DNA of 64,000 bases from an uncultured Verrucomicrobiae bacterium. Lineage in GTDB: Bacteria > Verrucomicrobiota > Verrucomicrobiia > Chthoniobacterales > Chthoniobacteraceae. Both the position numbers and the translations under genes were made by a program. The notes beneath the pieces were generated by a model that made no database searches, had not been told where the DNA came from, and was given only the letters and a program-made list of their open reading frames with translations. Location: NCBI GenBank assembly GCA_963769025.1, contig CAVYKI010000003.1, positions 1-64,000 of the forward strand, read 5' to 3'. Each line of letters starts with the position of its first letter. Positions within the stretch are counted from its first letter, which is position 1. Positions 33,786 to 44,003 of this stretch are shown here, piece after piece.

Positions 33786-33919
33786 CGGCCCGCAGCGCAG
33801 CCCTCCCATAGCTGCGATCCGTCGGCGACACAGCCTCGGGCGCCTGCGAAGATCGCGACGGGTGGCGGAAAACCGGCCTTTCCTCCGCATCGAAAACCGC
33901 ATCACCTCCGAGCTTTCCC

Positions 33920-35820
33920 GTGTTCCACCTCGCCGGCATTTTCTCCCACGGCTCCAGCGCTTCCTCGACGCGCCGCCATTTCTCCGCCGCGGTGGAATCG
34001 ATCGGTCGCGCGGCAGCGCTCCACTCCGGCGAAAGTGACACGCGCCTGCGCGAAACCGCGGAGGCACTCCGCAAGGAAGCCCGCAGCCGCACGCCTGCGA
34101 AGGATTTCCCCATCCGCGCCATCGCGTTGATCTCCGAGTCCATCCGCCGCACGCGCGCACTGTCCACGTACGACTGCCAGTTCATGGCCGCCCTCGCGCT
34201 CACCGAAGGACACATCGCCGAAATGGCCACCGGCGAAGGCAAGACACTCGTCGCATTGCTGCCCGCATTCGTCTTCGCACTGCAAGGCCGCGGCGCGCAC
34301 ATCTCGACGGTGAACCCCTACCTCGCCGCGCGCGACCGCGAGTTCGCGCTGCCCGCATTTGAACTGCTCGGCATCAGCGTCGGCCTGGTCGAAGAACGCG
34401 CCGGCAAATCCGCAAAGCGCGCGGCGTACGCAGCCGACGTGACATACGGCGTCGGCACGGAGTTTGGCTTCGACTACCTCCGCGACCAACTCGCAATCCG
34501 CGATGCAGGCTCCGCGCGGCATCCCTCCTTTCACGAAATCCTCCTCGGCGCCCCACGACCAAAACCCGACACCGTCCAGCGCGGACACGCCTTCGCGATC
34601 ATCGATGAGGCCGACAGCATCCTCATCGATGAAGCCCGCAGCCCGCTCATCATCTCCCTCGGTGAAAGCCGCCCCTGCTCCGAGCCCGCCCCCTACCTCC
34701 TCGCCGACCGCCTCGCGACCACGCTGCGCGCAGGCGAGAATTTCGAAGCGCCATCCCCCGGCGCTCGCTTGACCCTCACCGACTCCGGCCGCGGCCGCGC
34801 GTACTCCGCGCTCACCGAGGAAGCGCTCCCTCACCTGCGCCGCGTGTGGACGCATTACGTCGAGCAGGCGCTCCACGCGCGGCACCGCCTCCAGCGCGAT
34901 GTCCACTACATCGTCGCTGACGGGAAAGTGATCATCGTGGATGAATTCACCGGACGTCCCTGCCCGGATCGCACGTGGCGCGAAGGCCTGCACCAGGCCG
35001 TCGAGACGTCCGCCGCCGCGGAGATCACCGAGGAGAATGCAAGCGAGGCGACCATCACGCGCCCCGCGTATTACCGCATCTACAATCACGTCTGCGGCAT
35101 GACCGGCACCGCATCCGAAGCCGCCCCGGAACTCCGCGAGGCCTACCACCTCGGCGTCCGCGTCGTCCCGCTCAACGTCCCGTGCCACCGCACGGAACTG
35201 CCCGATCGCGTTTTTACGGATCGCAAATCCAAGCTCATCGCCGTCGTCGAGGACATCGCCGCGCGGCAGCGGAAAGGCCAGCCCGTCCTCGTCGGCACGC
35301 GCACCGTGGCAAACAGCGAGGAACTCGCCGCGCTGCTCGCTGCGCAAAATTTTCCAGCGCGACTCCTCAACGCAAAGCAGGACGCAGACGAGGCCGAAAT
35401 CATCGCGCAGGCCGGCGCACCAGGCACCGTGACCATCGCGACCAACATGGCCGGGCGCGGCGCGCACATCCCGCTCCCCGCGGAAAGCGAACGCGCCGGC
35501 GGCCTCCACGTGATCGGCCTCGAACGCCACGAGAGCGCGCGCATTGACCGCCAGCTCATCGGCCGCGCCGCACGCCAGGGCCAGCCCGGCAGCGCACAGT
35601 TTTTCCTCTCACTCGAAGACGACCTGCTCCATCGCCACGCACCTTCCGTCGCCGCGAAACTCACACGCACCCGCGCCACACCATCCGGCGAACTGCCCGC
35701 CGAAACCGCCGTGCATTTTCTCCGCGTACGCAACGCAAGGTGGAGCAAATGGATCGCATCAACCGCCGCGCCCTCGCCGCATACGACAAATGGCTCGATG
35801 AACTCAAAACGGCTCTCTGA
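33920..35820 (+). CDS. secA2: Accessory, C-terminally truncated SecA (SecA_DEAD) ATPase; apparent frameshift near 35725
   Basis: AEMATGEGKT, IIDEADSILIDEARSPLIIS, GMTGTA, IATNMAGRG, RIDRQLIGRAARQGQPG. The shifted frame gives SecA-like QRKVEQMDRINRRALAAYDKWLDELKTAL* ending at 35820. Confidence 0.85.
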
Positions 35821-36514
35821 AATCCTTGCGTTCGCGCTCGCATTGCTGCCCGCCACCGCACACGCCGACGTGCCCGGCTATACGGAGCCTTACAAGACGA
35901 TCACCGTCAGCGCAGCCGAGGCCGGTGTCATCGCCGAACTGCCCGTCGAGGAAGGCACGCAGGTGAAGAAAGGCCAGATCCTCGCGAGGCTCGATGTCGC
36001 GCAGCTCGAAGCCGAGCTGGAGATCGCAAAAATCCAGTCCGAGCTTCAGCGCACCAAGGCCGAGCGTATCGAGGAACTCGCACGCAGCCAGCGTGCCGCC
36101 CGTGAAGAGCTGGAGCGCGCCCGCGCCGACATCAAAATCCGCGATGCGGAAATCCGGAAAATCCAGGCCGGCATCGACACGCGCACGATGCGCAGCCCCG
36201 TGGACGGCATCGTCACCGAACTCAAGCGCCACCCGAGTGAGGCCGTCTCGCTGTCGAATCCTCACGTCCTTACCGTGGTGCAAATTGACCGCCTCATCGT
36301 GAATCTTTTCCTCCCGCCCAAGCGCGTGGAGAAGCTCACAGTCGGCAGCAGCGCCATCCTCGCACTCGGAGAGAATCCGCAGCGCGTCCCCGCCACCGTC
36401 GAGTTCATCTCACCCGTCACCGACGCCGCTAGCGGCACCGTCCGCGTGAAATTCGTGCTCGATAACTCCGCCGGAAAACTCCGCAGCGGAGTCACCGTCC
36501 TGCTCGCGGATTAG
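35798..36514 (+). CDS. Short HlyD/RND-type periplasmic adaptor (membrane fusion protein)
   Basis: Own signal peptide MNSKRLSEILAFALALLPATAHA; lipoyl half-motifs GVIAELPVEEGTQVKKGQILARLD and MRSPVDGIV; FISPVTDAASGTVRV. Confidence 0.85.
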   Translation: MNSKRLSEILAFALALLPATAHADVPGYTEPYKTITVSAAEAGVIAELPVEEGTQVKKGQILARLDVAQLEAELEIAKIQSELQRTKAERIEELARSQRAAREELERARADIKIRDAEIRKIQAGIDTRTMRSPVDGIVTELKRHPSEAVSLSNPHVLTVVQIDRLIVNLFLPPKRVEKLTVGSSAILALGENPQRVPATVEFISPVTDAASGTVRVKFVLDNSAGKLRSGVTVLLAD

Positions 36515-36589
36515 AACCTGTCTTTCATTTTGGCAGCACAGCCCGCATAGGGCCAAAGGCCCGCCCATGGGGCATGACAGGCTTTTGGC

Positions 36590-39500
36590 TCAGGGGGTGA
36601 GGTTGCGGAAGTAGATGGTGCGGAAGCGCACTTCGTCGTCCTCGGGCTCGGGGGTGCCGCGGTTGTCGTGGTAACGCTCGACGACGGCCTGCTGGCGCTG
36701 CTCGGCGGTTACGATGAACTGGCCGTTCGGCGTCTGGCGGAGGGCCTGGCCGATAGTGTAGACGCCGAAGACATTGCCACGCGCAGTGATGAGGCTGGCG
36801 ACGTCGCGCACGAGGTCCTCGCTTTTCTCTCCGGCATCGGCGACGCCCTTGATCTCGCAGATCTCGCCGGGGGTGTCGAAGGCGTTGGGCTCGGTCGCGG
36901 TCGGGCTCACTTTCCACGGGTAGCCGTACACCTTTCCCTTGTTCGAGCCGGTGGCGAGGGTGCGGCTGAAAATGTTCGCGGCGATGGTCTCGGCGATCGC
37001 GGCAGTCCCGGGCGCAGGGAGATTGGAGGATCCGGTGAAGAGCGCCACCAGCCCGCGGTTGCGGATGAGCGTGGGGAACGGATCCACGTGGGAATTGACA
37101 TTGATGCGCCCGCCGACGGCGGTGCCGTGCGGGGTGAAGATGGCCTCGGGACCCGTCACGCCGGCGCTCGGCGCGGCGAAGAGATCCATGAATGCCCAGT
37201 CGGGCAGCGTCTTGGCGTCGGGATAGTTGTTCGGCTGGAGGCGGATGGTTCGCCACGGGATGCTGCCGACCTTGGCGTCGTTGCCGGTGTGGATGTAGCC
37301 GAGCTCGGCGATGGACGTGACGCGGCCGTTGTCGTGCGTGGGGTCGTTGCTCCCGATGCCCTTCGGCGGCGGCATGTAGAGGCTGTAGTCGGAGACCTTG
37401 CCATTTTCGTCGGTGTCCTGCTGCGGCTTTCCGGCGGGCGACTTTGTCGGCGCGAGACCGATGGTGGAGACGGAGTTCAGGCTGCCAAAGGTGTTCCTGC
37501 CATTCTTGTTCAGGACCCAGTCGCTCGGGTGGATGTTGCACCGCGGGTCATCCACTTCGATGGACACCATGTTGTCGATGGTCGTGCTGGCGGGGTCGCT
37601 GGTCTTGTAGTTGATGTTGCCGACCTGCGTGCCGATGTTCACGCGGGGCCAGCGGTTCAGGTCGCCGGCGAGCAGGCCGTCGGAACCGGTGAGGCCGTTG
37701 TAGAGCGCGCCGCGGGTGGCGATGGTCGTGCGGTCGGCGTACTTTTTGTCGCGGTAAAAGGTCGCGGTGACGGTGACGTATTTGCCGGCATTGAGCGTGG
37801 TGCCGTTCGGCCCCTCCCCGCCCTGCACGTCGGCCTTGAAGATGCGCACCGCGTTCGTGCCGTGATTTTCCATGAGCACCATCTGGCCGTTCGGGCTCTT
37901 GTAATAGTACTTCGCCGACTTCGGATCGCGCGTCTCGGTGGCGGTGATGAACCAGCCCGTGGAGGTGGTCGCGGGCTTCGCGATCAGGTCGGGCACGAGG
38001 TCGATACCGACATTTTCAAAGCCATACTTCGGCGGGAGGTAGAGCTCGGTCTTGAAGTAGCACTTGTAGAGCTGCGCCGGCGCGCCGCTGGAGTCATTCG
38101 GCCAGCCGGGGGGCTTCGGAGTGGGCGGGTCGGAAGCATTGGCTTCGATCCAGAATCCCATCTCGGTGATGTATGGCGCGCGGCAGATGCCCTGGTAGGA
38201 GTTCGCCGCGCCGTAGGTGTAGCTGGGATGCAGCGTGAACTTGTCCTTGTTGTCGCCCGAGGCATTCGGCGGCCCGATGGCAAAGCGCAGCGGGGCGATG
38301 ATCTGCGTCTGCGATTCCTTGGCGCGGACGTAGTCGATGATGTTCACCGCGATCTGCCCGAGGCGGCCGTCGGAGTCCGGCGTGCCGGGGTAGTATTTGT
38401 CCTTGAAGCTGACGCCCGGCGCGAGCGGCCAGTTCTTGCGGCTGATGTAGTCCATGAGCATGCGGACGACGGCATCGAGCTTGTTCGGGACGAGCGGGGC
38501 TTTGCTCAGGACGCCGTTCGCATTTGTCCAGTCCGGCTGCCCGCCGGCGAGATGCTCGAGGATGCCGGGGTCGGGGTTTGCGGGCGCATTCGGATCGCTC
38601 GCGCCTTTCTCCCGCACGATGTCGAGGAACTTGCGGGCATAGGTGCCGTCGGCGTTCTTCGGCACGAGTTTGGGATTCATCGTGAGGAGGATGCGGTCTT
38701 CGCCGAAGAACGTGGTGTCCGGGTCGTGGTTGAAATGGGTGAGCTCGAATTTGTTGTAGTCGAGCACGCGCGCGATTTCGGGGCTCACCTGCCGCGCGTC
38801 GGCGAAGGAATTGAAGAAGCGGCCGGGCGTCTTCGCGGTCCAGTTATGCAGCGAGTCCGCGAGGAACTCCGTGAGCGGCGCGCCCGTGCTGACCGTGAGC
38901 GCCATGAGATTGATGCGGCTCGGGTGCGCCGCCGGGGCGTCGTTGGAGTTCGACGCGATGGTGCTCGCGGTGTTCCGCTTCCACGCGAGGTTGTAGTTGA
39001 TCCGGCTGCTCTCGTCGTCGGTCCAGTAGGCGAAGCGCCCGACGATGGGGTTGGCCTTGTTGGTGCGGCTTGGCGTTTCGATGGGCAGGCCGCTGGCATC
39101 GAGGTCGGTGCCGCCGTTCTTGCGCACGTAGATCCAGCGCAGCTTCATCTGCGCCGGAGCGCCGGTCGTGGCATCGCGACGGTCGGTGATCAGGTAAGTC
39201 GGCGGGTTCTGATCCGTCAGCGTCTGCACATTCAGCTCGGCAGGCTCGAGGTCCAGCCGTGCGTCCTGCGTGGCGAGAAAGCTCGTGCTCGGCGCGCCGC
39301 TCGAGAGCGGGATCTGCCTGCGCAATTGCTTCGGATCGGCGGGCGGCGGGTCCGGCACGATCAATGCGCCGGGCTGGCTGCTCCAGTTGCGGTCCGGGTC
39401 CGTCGTCTCGCGCCGGAGGATGGCGACGACGCTCTCGACGCCGTCGCGAGCCAGCGCCGTCGCGCGCATGCGCTCAAAGTGACTGCCCGCGGTGCTGCGC

Positions 39501-39613
39501 TCGGTCCGCGCGCTGCCGAGATAGCCGAGTGTGACGACGGAAATCAGCACGACGAAGAACAGCGCGATGATGAGCGCGGCACCGCGTTTCCGAGGATGGC
39601 GGGAGGGATTCAT
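36590..39613 (-). CDS. Verru_Chthon cassette protein A-like (large PilX-like pilin-associated protein), copy 2
   Basis: RKRGAALIIALFFVVLISVV, WSSQPG, GRFAYWTDDESSRINYN, PWRTIRLQP, PDWAFMDLF, GRINVN. Confidence 0.8.
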   Translation of the reverse strand: MNPSRHPRKRGAALIIALFFVVLISVVTLGYLGSARTERSTAGSHFERMRATALARDGVESVVAILRRETTDPDRNWSSQPGALIVPDPPPADPKQLRRQIPLSSGAPSTSFLATQDARLDLEPAELNVQTLTDQNPPTYLITDRRDATTGAPAQMKLRWIYVRKNGGTDLDASGLPIETPSRTNKANPIVGRFAYWTDDESSRINYNLAWKRNTASTIASNSNDAPAAHPSRINLMALTVSTGAPLTEFLADSLHNWTAKTPGRFFNSFADARQVSPEIARVLDYNKFELTHFNHDPDTTFFGEDRILLTMNPKLVPKNADGTYARKFLDIVREKGASDPNAPANPDPGILEHLAGGQPDWTNANGVLSKAPLVPNKLDAVVRMLMDYISRKNWPLAPGVSFKDKYYPGTPDSDGRLGQIAVNIIDYVRAKESQTQIIAPLRFAIGPPNASGDNKDKFTLHPSYTYGAANSYQGICRAPYITEMGFWIEANASDPPTPKPPGWPNDSSGAPAQLYKCYFKTELYLPPKYGFENVGIDLVPDLIAKPATTSTGWFITATETRDPKSAKYYYKSPNGQMVLMENHGTNAVRIFKADVQGGEGPNGTTLNAGKYVTVTATFYRDKKYADRTTIATRGALYNGLTGSDGLLAGDLNRWPRVNIGTQVGNINYKTSDPASTTIDNMVSIEVDDPRCNIHPSDWVLNKNGRNTFGSLNSVSTIGLAPTKSPAGKPQQDTDENGKVSDYSLYMPPPKGIGSNDPTHDNGRVTSIAELGYIHTGNDAKVGSIPWRTIRLQPNNYPDAKTLPDWAFMDLFAAPSAGVTGPEAIFTPHGTAVGGRINVNSHVDPFPTLIRNRGLVALFTGSSNLPAPGTAAIAETIAANIFSRTLATGSNKGKVYGYPWKVSPTATEPNAFDTPGEICEIKGVADAGEKSEDLVRDVASLITARGNVFGVYTIGQALRQTPNGQFIVTAEQRQQAVVERYHDNRGTPEPEDDEVRFRTIYFRNLTP

Positions 39614-39677
39614 CGCCCGTTGAGAAGCACGGTGAGCCCCCTCCCGCTCGGGCGGCGGACAATGGCCGGGGGCGGGT

Positions 39678-42527
39678 TCATGGCGTCAGATTCCGTGAAT
39701 AGATCGTCCGGAATCGCACCTCGTCGTCCGTCGGGTCCGGCGTGCCACGATTGTCGTGGTAGCGCTCGACGACCGCCTGCTGGCGCTGCTCAGCGGTCAC
39801 GATCAAGCGGCCGTTCGGCGTCTGCTTCAACGCCTGCCCCACGGTGTAGATGCTGAAGACATTGCCCCGTGAGGTGACGAGGTTGGCGACTTGGCGGACA
39901 AGTTCCTCGCTCGCCTCGCCGCCATCCGCCACGCCGCTGATTTCCACGATCTCGCCCGGTGAATCATAACCGCCCGCATATCCGTAGACCTTGCCTTTGG
40001 ACGCCAGAGTCCGTGCGTAAATGGCGTGGGCGATCGACTTCGCTTCGCTCGCGCTGACGGTTTTCGCGGGGTCGCGGGAGTCCTTCGCAGCGTCCTGAAA
40101 AACGGCGGCGAGGGGCAGGATACGGTCGAGCGCGAACGGCTCGGGCTTCGCATTCATGTTCACCCGCCCGCCGGTGGCGGTCTTGTGCGGCGCGAAGATC
40201 GGCTCGCCGGCAGCCGGCACGTTCACCGGGACGGTGAAAAGATCCATGAACGCCCAGTCCGGAACGACGGAGGTCGCCTGCTGGTTGGGCTGCAAGCGGA
40301 TGGTGCGCCACGGGACGCCGCCCGTAGCGGCGGTGCTCGAAATCTCGACGCCCGTGTGGATGAATCCAAGCTCGCCCGGCGAGAGCACCAAGCCGTTCGG
40401 ATTGGTGCTGTGTCCCTTTTTATGAGGCATCCGCATGCCGGCGTCCGTGATCTGCCCGCTCAGGTCGGTGTCCTGCTCGGGAACGGCGGCGGACGCTTTT
40501 CCGAGGGTGCTCCGCTTGTTCTTCACGCCGAAGCTGTTCTTGGCCTGCGCCACAGAATTCCAGTCCTTGGGGACGCTGTTGATCCGCGGGTCATTCACCT
40601 CAAAGGAAGTAATGTCCTGTTCCCCCACGGCGGCGGCATCGACCGTGTACTTGAGGGTCACGCCATTGCCGGCATCGGCCACGGGTGACACTTCCAGGCG
40701 CGCGGTTCCGGGGTCGGAGGGGATCGCGCCAGTATCGGGACCTATGACGAGCGCAGTGCGCAGGTTCACGCTAGCCGGGCGGCTGGCACGGTATGCGGTG
40801 ATGGCGACCGTGGCGTAACCGCCTTTCGACAAAGTCGTGTTGCCGCCGACGATATTCGTCGCATCCACGCGAAACCACTTGCCGTTCAAACCGGAGCCCG
40901 TCTCGGAATAGTAGTTCGACGTGCCGGTGGTTTCGTAAGTGTACAGATACATCCGCTTTCCATCGATGCTGTTAAAGTCGATCGAATCGATTCCGCCAGC
41001 CTCCGGGAGGTGAATTTCATTGTAAAACTTGCACCGATAGCGGCCGTTGTTTGCCCCGGAGGTTTCCGCCGTGCCCTTCACCCACACTCCCATCTCGGTG
41101 ACGAACAGGCTTCGCGTCAGCCCCTTGTAGGTATTGTCCTTCCCGCGGATCGAGGAATCGCTGTAGGGGGGCGTATTGCTGAAGTCTCCCACGAAGTAAT
41201 CCTTCCCCGAGGTGTCCTTCCGAATGATGCCTCGGATCGGTTCTACAAGCGTCATGGCCGATTCGGCGCTCCGCACATAATCAATGAGATTGAGGGCAAG
41301 CTCGGTGAGCCGGACGATGCTTGTGCTCGTGCCGTAGTACTTCTGCTGAAAACTGCTGCTTCCATTGACCATCGGCCAATCCGTGCGCTTCAAATAATCG
41401 AGCAGACCCTTTTGTCCCGTGGCAGGGTTGCCCACGATTACATAGTTGAGCTTCACCGGATCAATGTTGGCAACGGCTCCGGGATCGACAGTGGGATTGC
41501 TGGATTGCAGCAGCGAATTCTTGAGAATGTCCAAGAAAGGACGGCCACCCGACCAAGTCTTCGATGTGGCATTATAGGTCGCCCCGGCCCAATTCGGCAG
41601 CGTGGTGAGAACGATGCGCGATTCGTTGAAAAAGGTGGTGTCGGGATCGTGGTTGAAGTGGGTCAGCTCAAATTTGTTGGCGAGCAGGACATCATACGCG
41701 GCGGGCACGGCCCCGCGCACATCGGATGGCGTGTTAAAGAAGCGATTGGCGATCTTCTCGTAATCCAGCTTGTTGCCGGAGGTGCCGTCCGGCTTCGTGA
41801 TGAATTGATGGATTTGATTCGCGATGGGGTCGGTCATGCCCGTCAGCGCCTTGAGAGTCACCCGCGTAGGATGCGCTGGCGGGTTCGTGTTCACGCTGCT
41901 CCGAGTCCACGCAAGATTGTAGTTGATCTTGCTGCTCTCATCGTCCGCCCAGTAGGCGAAGCGGCCCACGATCGGGTTGGCTTTATCGGTCCGGTCGGGC
42001 GCCTCGACAGGCAGCCCCGAAGCATCGATGAGCTGGCTGCCGTCGCTGCGGACGTAGATCCATCGCAGCTTCATCTGCGTCGGGCCGCCCGTGGCATTGA
42101 GCCGGTCGGTGATCAGGTACGTGGGCGGACTCTGGTCGGCCAGCGTCTGAACATTCAAGTCCGGTGGCTCGAAGTCCAGCAGTGCGTCCTCCGTGGCGAG
42201 GAACCCCGCGCTCGGCACGCCGGTCGAGAGCGCCACCTGCTTTTGAAGCCGCTTCGGATCCGCGTCCGGCACGATCAGCGCGCCGGGCTGGCTGACCCAA
42301 TTGCGATTCGGATCGGTCGTCTCGCGCTGCAGGATCGCGACGACGCTCTCGACGCCATCGCGTGCCAGCGCCGTGGCGCGCATGCGCTCAAAATGGCTGC
42401 CGGCGGTGCTGCGCTCGATGCGCGCGCTGCCGAGGTAGCCGAGCGTGACGACGGAAATCAGCACGACAAAGAACAGCGCGATGATGAGCGCGGTGCCGCG
42501 TTTCCGAGGATGGAGGGAGGGATTCAT
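39678..42527 (-). CDS. Verru_Chthon cassette protein A-like, copy 1
   Basis: Same conserved blocks (GRFAYWADDESSKINYN, PDWAFMDLF). Start overlaps the upstream stop (ATGA). Confidence 0.8.
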   Translation of the reverse strand: MNPSLHPRKRGTALIIALFFVVLISVVTLGYLGSARIERSTAGSHFERMRATALARDGVESVVAILQRETTDPNRNWVSQPGALIVPDADPKRLQKQVALSTGVPSAGFLATEDALLDFEPPDLNVQTLADQSPPTYLITDRLNATGGPTQMKLRWIYVRSDGSQLIDASGLPVEAPDRTDKANPIVGRFAYWADDESSKINYNLAWTRSSVNTNPPAHPTRVTLKALTGMTDPIANQIHQFITKPDGTSGNKLDYEKIANRFFNTPSDVRGAVPAAYDVLLANKFELTHFNHDPDTTFFNESRIVLTTLPNWAGATYNATSKTWSGGRPFLDILKNSLLQSSNPTVDPGAVANIDPVKLNYVIVGNPATGQKGLLDYLKRTDWPMVNGSSSFQQKYYGTSTSIVRLTELALNLIDYVRSAESAMTLVEPIRGIIRKDTSGKDYFVGDFSNTPPYSDSSIRGKDNTYKGLTRSLFVTEMGVWVKGTAETSGANNGRYRCKFYNEIHLPEAGGIDSIDFNSIDGKRMYLYTYETTGTSNYYSETGSGLNGKWFRVDATNIVGGNTTLSKGGYATVAITAYRASRPASVNLRTALVIGPDTGAIPSDPGTARLEVSPVADAGNGVTLKYTVDAAAVGEQDITSFEVNDPRINSVPKDWNSVAQAKNSFGVKNKRSTLGKASAAVPEQDTDLSGQITDAGMRMPHKKGHSTNPNGLVLSPGELGFIHTGVEISSTAATGGVPWRTIRLQPNQQATSVVPDWAFMDLFTVPVNVPAAGEPIFAPHKTATGGRVNMNAKPEPFALDRILPLAAVFQDAAKDSRDPAKTVSASEAKSIAHAIYARTLASKGKVYGYAGGYDSPGEIVEISGVADGGEASEELVRQVANLVTSRGNVFSIYTVGQALKQTPNGRLIVTAEQRQQAVVERYHDNRGTPDPTDDEVRFRTIYSRNLTP

Positions 42528-43492
42528 CGCCCGTTGATGAGCTGGATCTGCGTTGTATAGGTCCGCAGTCCGCCGAGCAAGGGCCGCAGGCCGGGATTCG
42601 ACCCGGCCTCCTGCTGCATCCGGCTGACGAATTCCGCCGAATCACGCACGGAGGGGTCCTTCACGAGCGCCTGCACGTCCTGCCACACATTGTCCATGCG
42701 GGGCGCGAGCCGGGAATCCACCTGAGCGACGGAGACGGTGACGACCGCCGGGAGGTAGCGCTTCTCGGTCCGGGTCTGCTTCGTGCCGGCGGCGTCGGTG
42801 TATTGCACCTTGAAGTCATAGCCCTTGCGCGAGTCGAACACCTTCGGCAGTTCGACGCCATCCAGCCCGGTGCAGCGGAACCACACGCCCACGACATTCT
42901 CGGCAAACAATCCCACGTAGCCCGACGCCTTGTCCGCCGGAGCGACTTTCTCCAGCAGGCTGCCGCTGAGCCAACCGTTGACGCTCGTGTAGATGAGGAA
43001 ATCGGGATTCCGGACGAATGCGCCGGACGAGTCCTGCACCGAGGGATTCACGAAGAACCGGCACAGCACCGGCCTGCGCACCGCGGCGTCCGCCGTCGGG
43101 AACCATTTCACAAAATACCCGACTTCCGCGACTTCACCAAAGCTCGTCTCCGTCGCGATGGGTGCCTGCCAGAACGCCGCGTCGGCATTGCGAAAGTCGT
43201 CGGGCACCTGGCTCGCCGGCGGGTTGATGAGGAACTGCAGGTTGCTCTGCCCGGGCTTGCTCACATTCTCGACCGGCAGCAGCGCGCCCTGCAATTCGAC
43301 GGCGATGAAGTCGGCGAGCGAGCGGGCATTGCGCCGGCGCTCATTGCGCCCCTCGCCCTTCTGCCACGCGCGGGTGACTTCGCTGAAAATGGAGCTGAGC
43401 ATCGCGACGATGACCAGCAGGATGCTCACTGCAACGAGCACCTCGATGAGCGTGAATCCGCGTCGCGATCTAATAACGGGCGATGCTCGCAT
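42524..43492 (-). CDS. Prepilin-type N-methylation protein, Verru_Chthon cassette C-like (PilW/GspJ-like)
   Basis: RRG-FTLIEVLVAVSIL class III signal peptide; FWQAP and VGYFVKW motifs. Confidence 0.8.
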   Translation of the reverse strand: MRASPVIRSRRGFTLIEVLVAVSILLVIVAMLSSIFSEVTRAWQKGEGRNERRRNARSLADFIAVELQGALLPVENVSKPGQSNLQFLINPPASQVPDDFRNADAAFWQAPIATETSFGEVAEVGYFVKWFPTADAAVRRPVLCRFFVNPSVQDSSGAFVRNPDFLIYTSVNGWLSGSLLEKVAPADKASGYVGLFAENVVGVWFRCTGLDGVELPKVFDSRKGYDFKVQYTDAAGTKQTRTEKRYLPAVVTVSVAQVDSRLAPRMDNVWQDVQALVKDPSVRDSAEFVSRMQQEAGSNPGLRPLLGGLRTYTTQIQLINGR

Positions 43493-44000
43493 GGAGGATT
43501 TGGAGATTCGGACGCGCGGAGGCGCTGGTCGCGGCGGAGATCGGCCAGCTGAACTCCAGCGTGAGCATCACGCGGTTGTAGGGTGCGGTGGGCACCGCGC
43601 GCGACTTGTCGTCCGGCAGCTTTTTCACGACGCACCGGAAGAGCGCCTCGGGCGGCACGGCAGTCCCCGTGCCCGCGAGCAGCGTGCCATCATCGGAAAA
43701 ATACCAGGTCGTGTCGATTGGCGCGCTGGCGCCGGGGGCCGCGGGATTCGGCGTCGCCGTGGGGTCGGCCAGCCAGAGAGCGTCGAAGGGCACCGCGCGC
43801 ATGCGGTTCAGCACCTGCGCGCTCATCGACACCAGCACAGTGTCGCGGCCGGCCATGCGGTCCGAATCGAGCGCCATGCCGAGCATGCTGATCAGCGACA
43901 CCGCCACGATGGCGATGACGACCAAAGTCAGCGCGACTTCCATGAGCGTGAAGCCGCGCTTTCCGCGCGGGACCGGCATCATTTTCGGCGCATCTGGCAT
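43470..44000 (-). CDS. Prepilin-type protein, Verru_Chthon cassette B-like (PilV/GspI-like)
   Basis: KRG-FTLMEVALTLVVIAIV; WYFSDDGT motif. Confidence 0.8.
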   Translation of the reverse strand: MPDAPKMMPVPRGKRGFTLMEVALTLVVIAIVAVSLISMLGMALDSDRMAGRDTVLVSMSAQVLNRMRAVPFDALWLADPTATPNPAAPGASAPIDTTWYFSDDGTLLAGTGTAVPPEALFRCVVKKLPDDKSRAVPTAPYNRVMLTLEFSWPISAATSASARPNLQILHASIARY

Positions 44001-44003
44001 CGG

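Noticed and set aside
33920..36514. 864-aa SecA-HlyD fusion in the ORF track
   Set aside because: The SecA-like C-terminal helix continues in another frame to a stop at 35820, and the MFP has its own ATG and signal peptide at 35798. A frameshift artefact is the simpler explanation.
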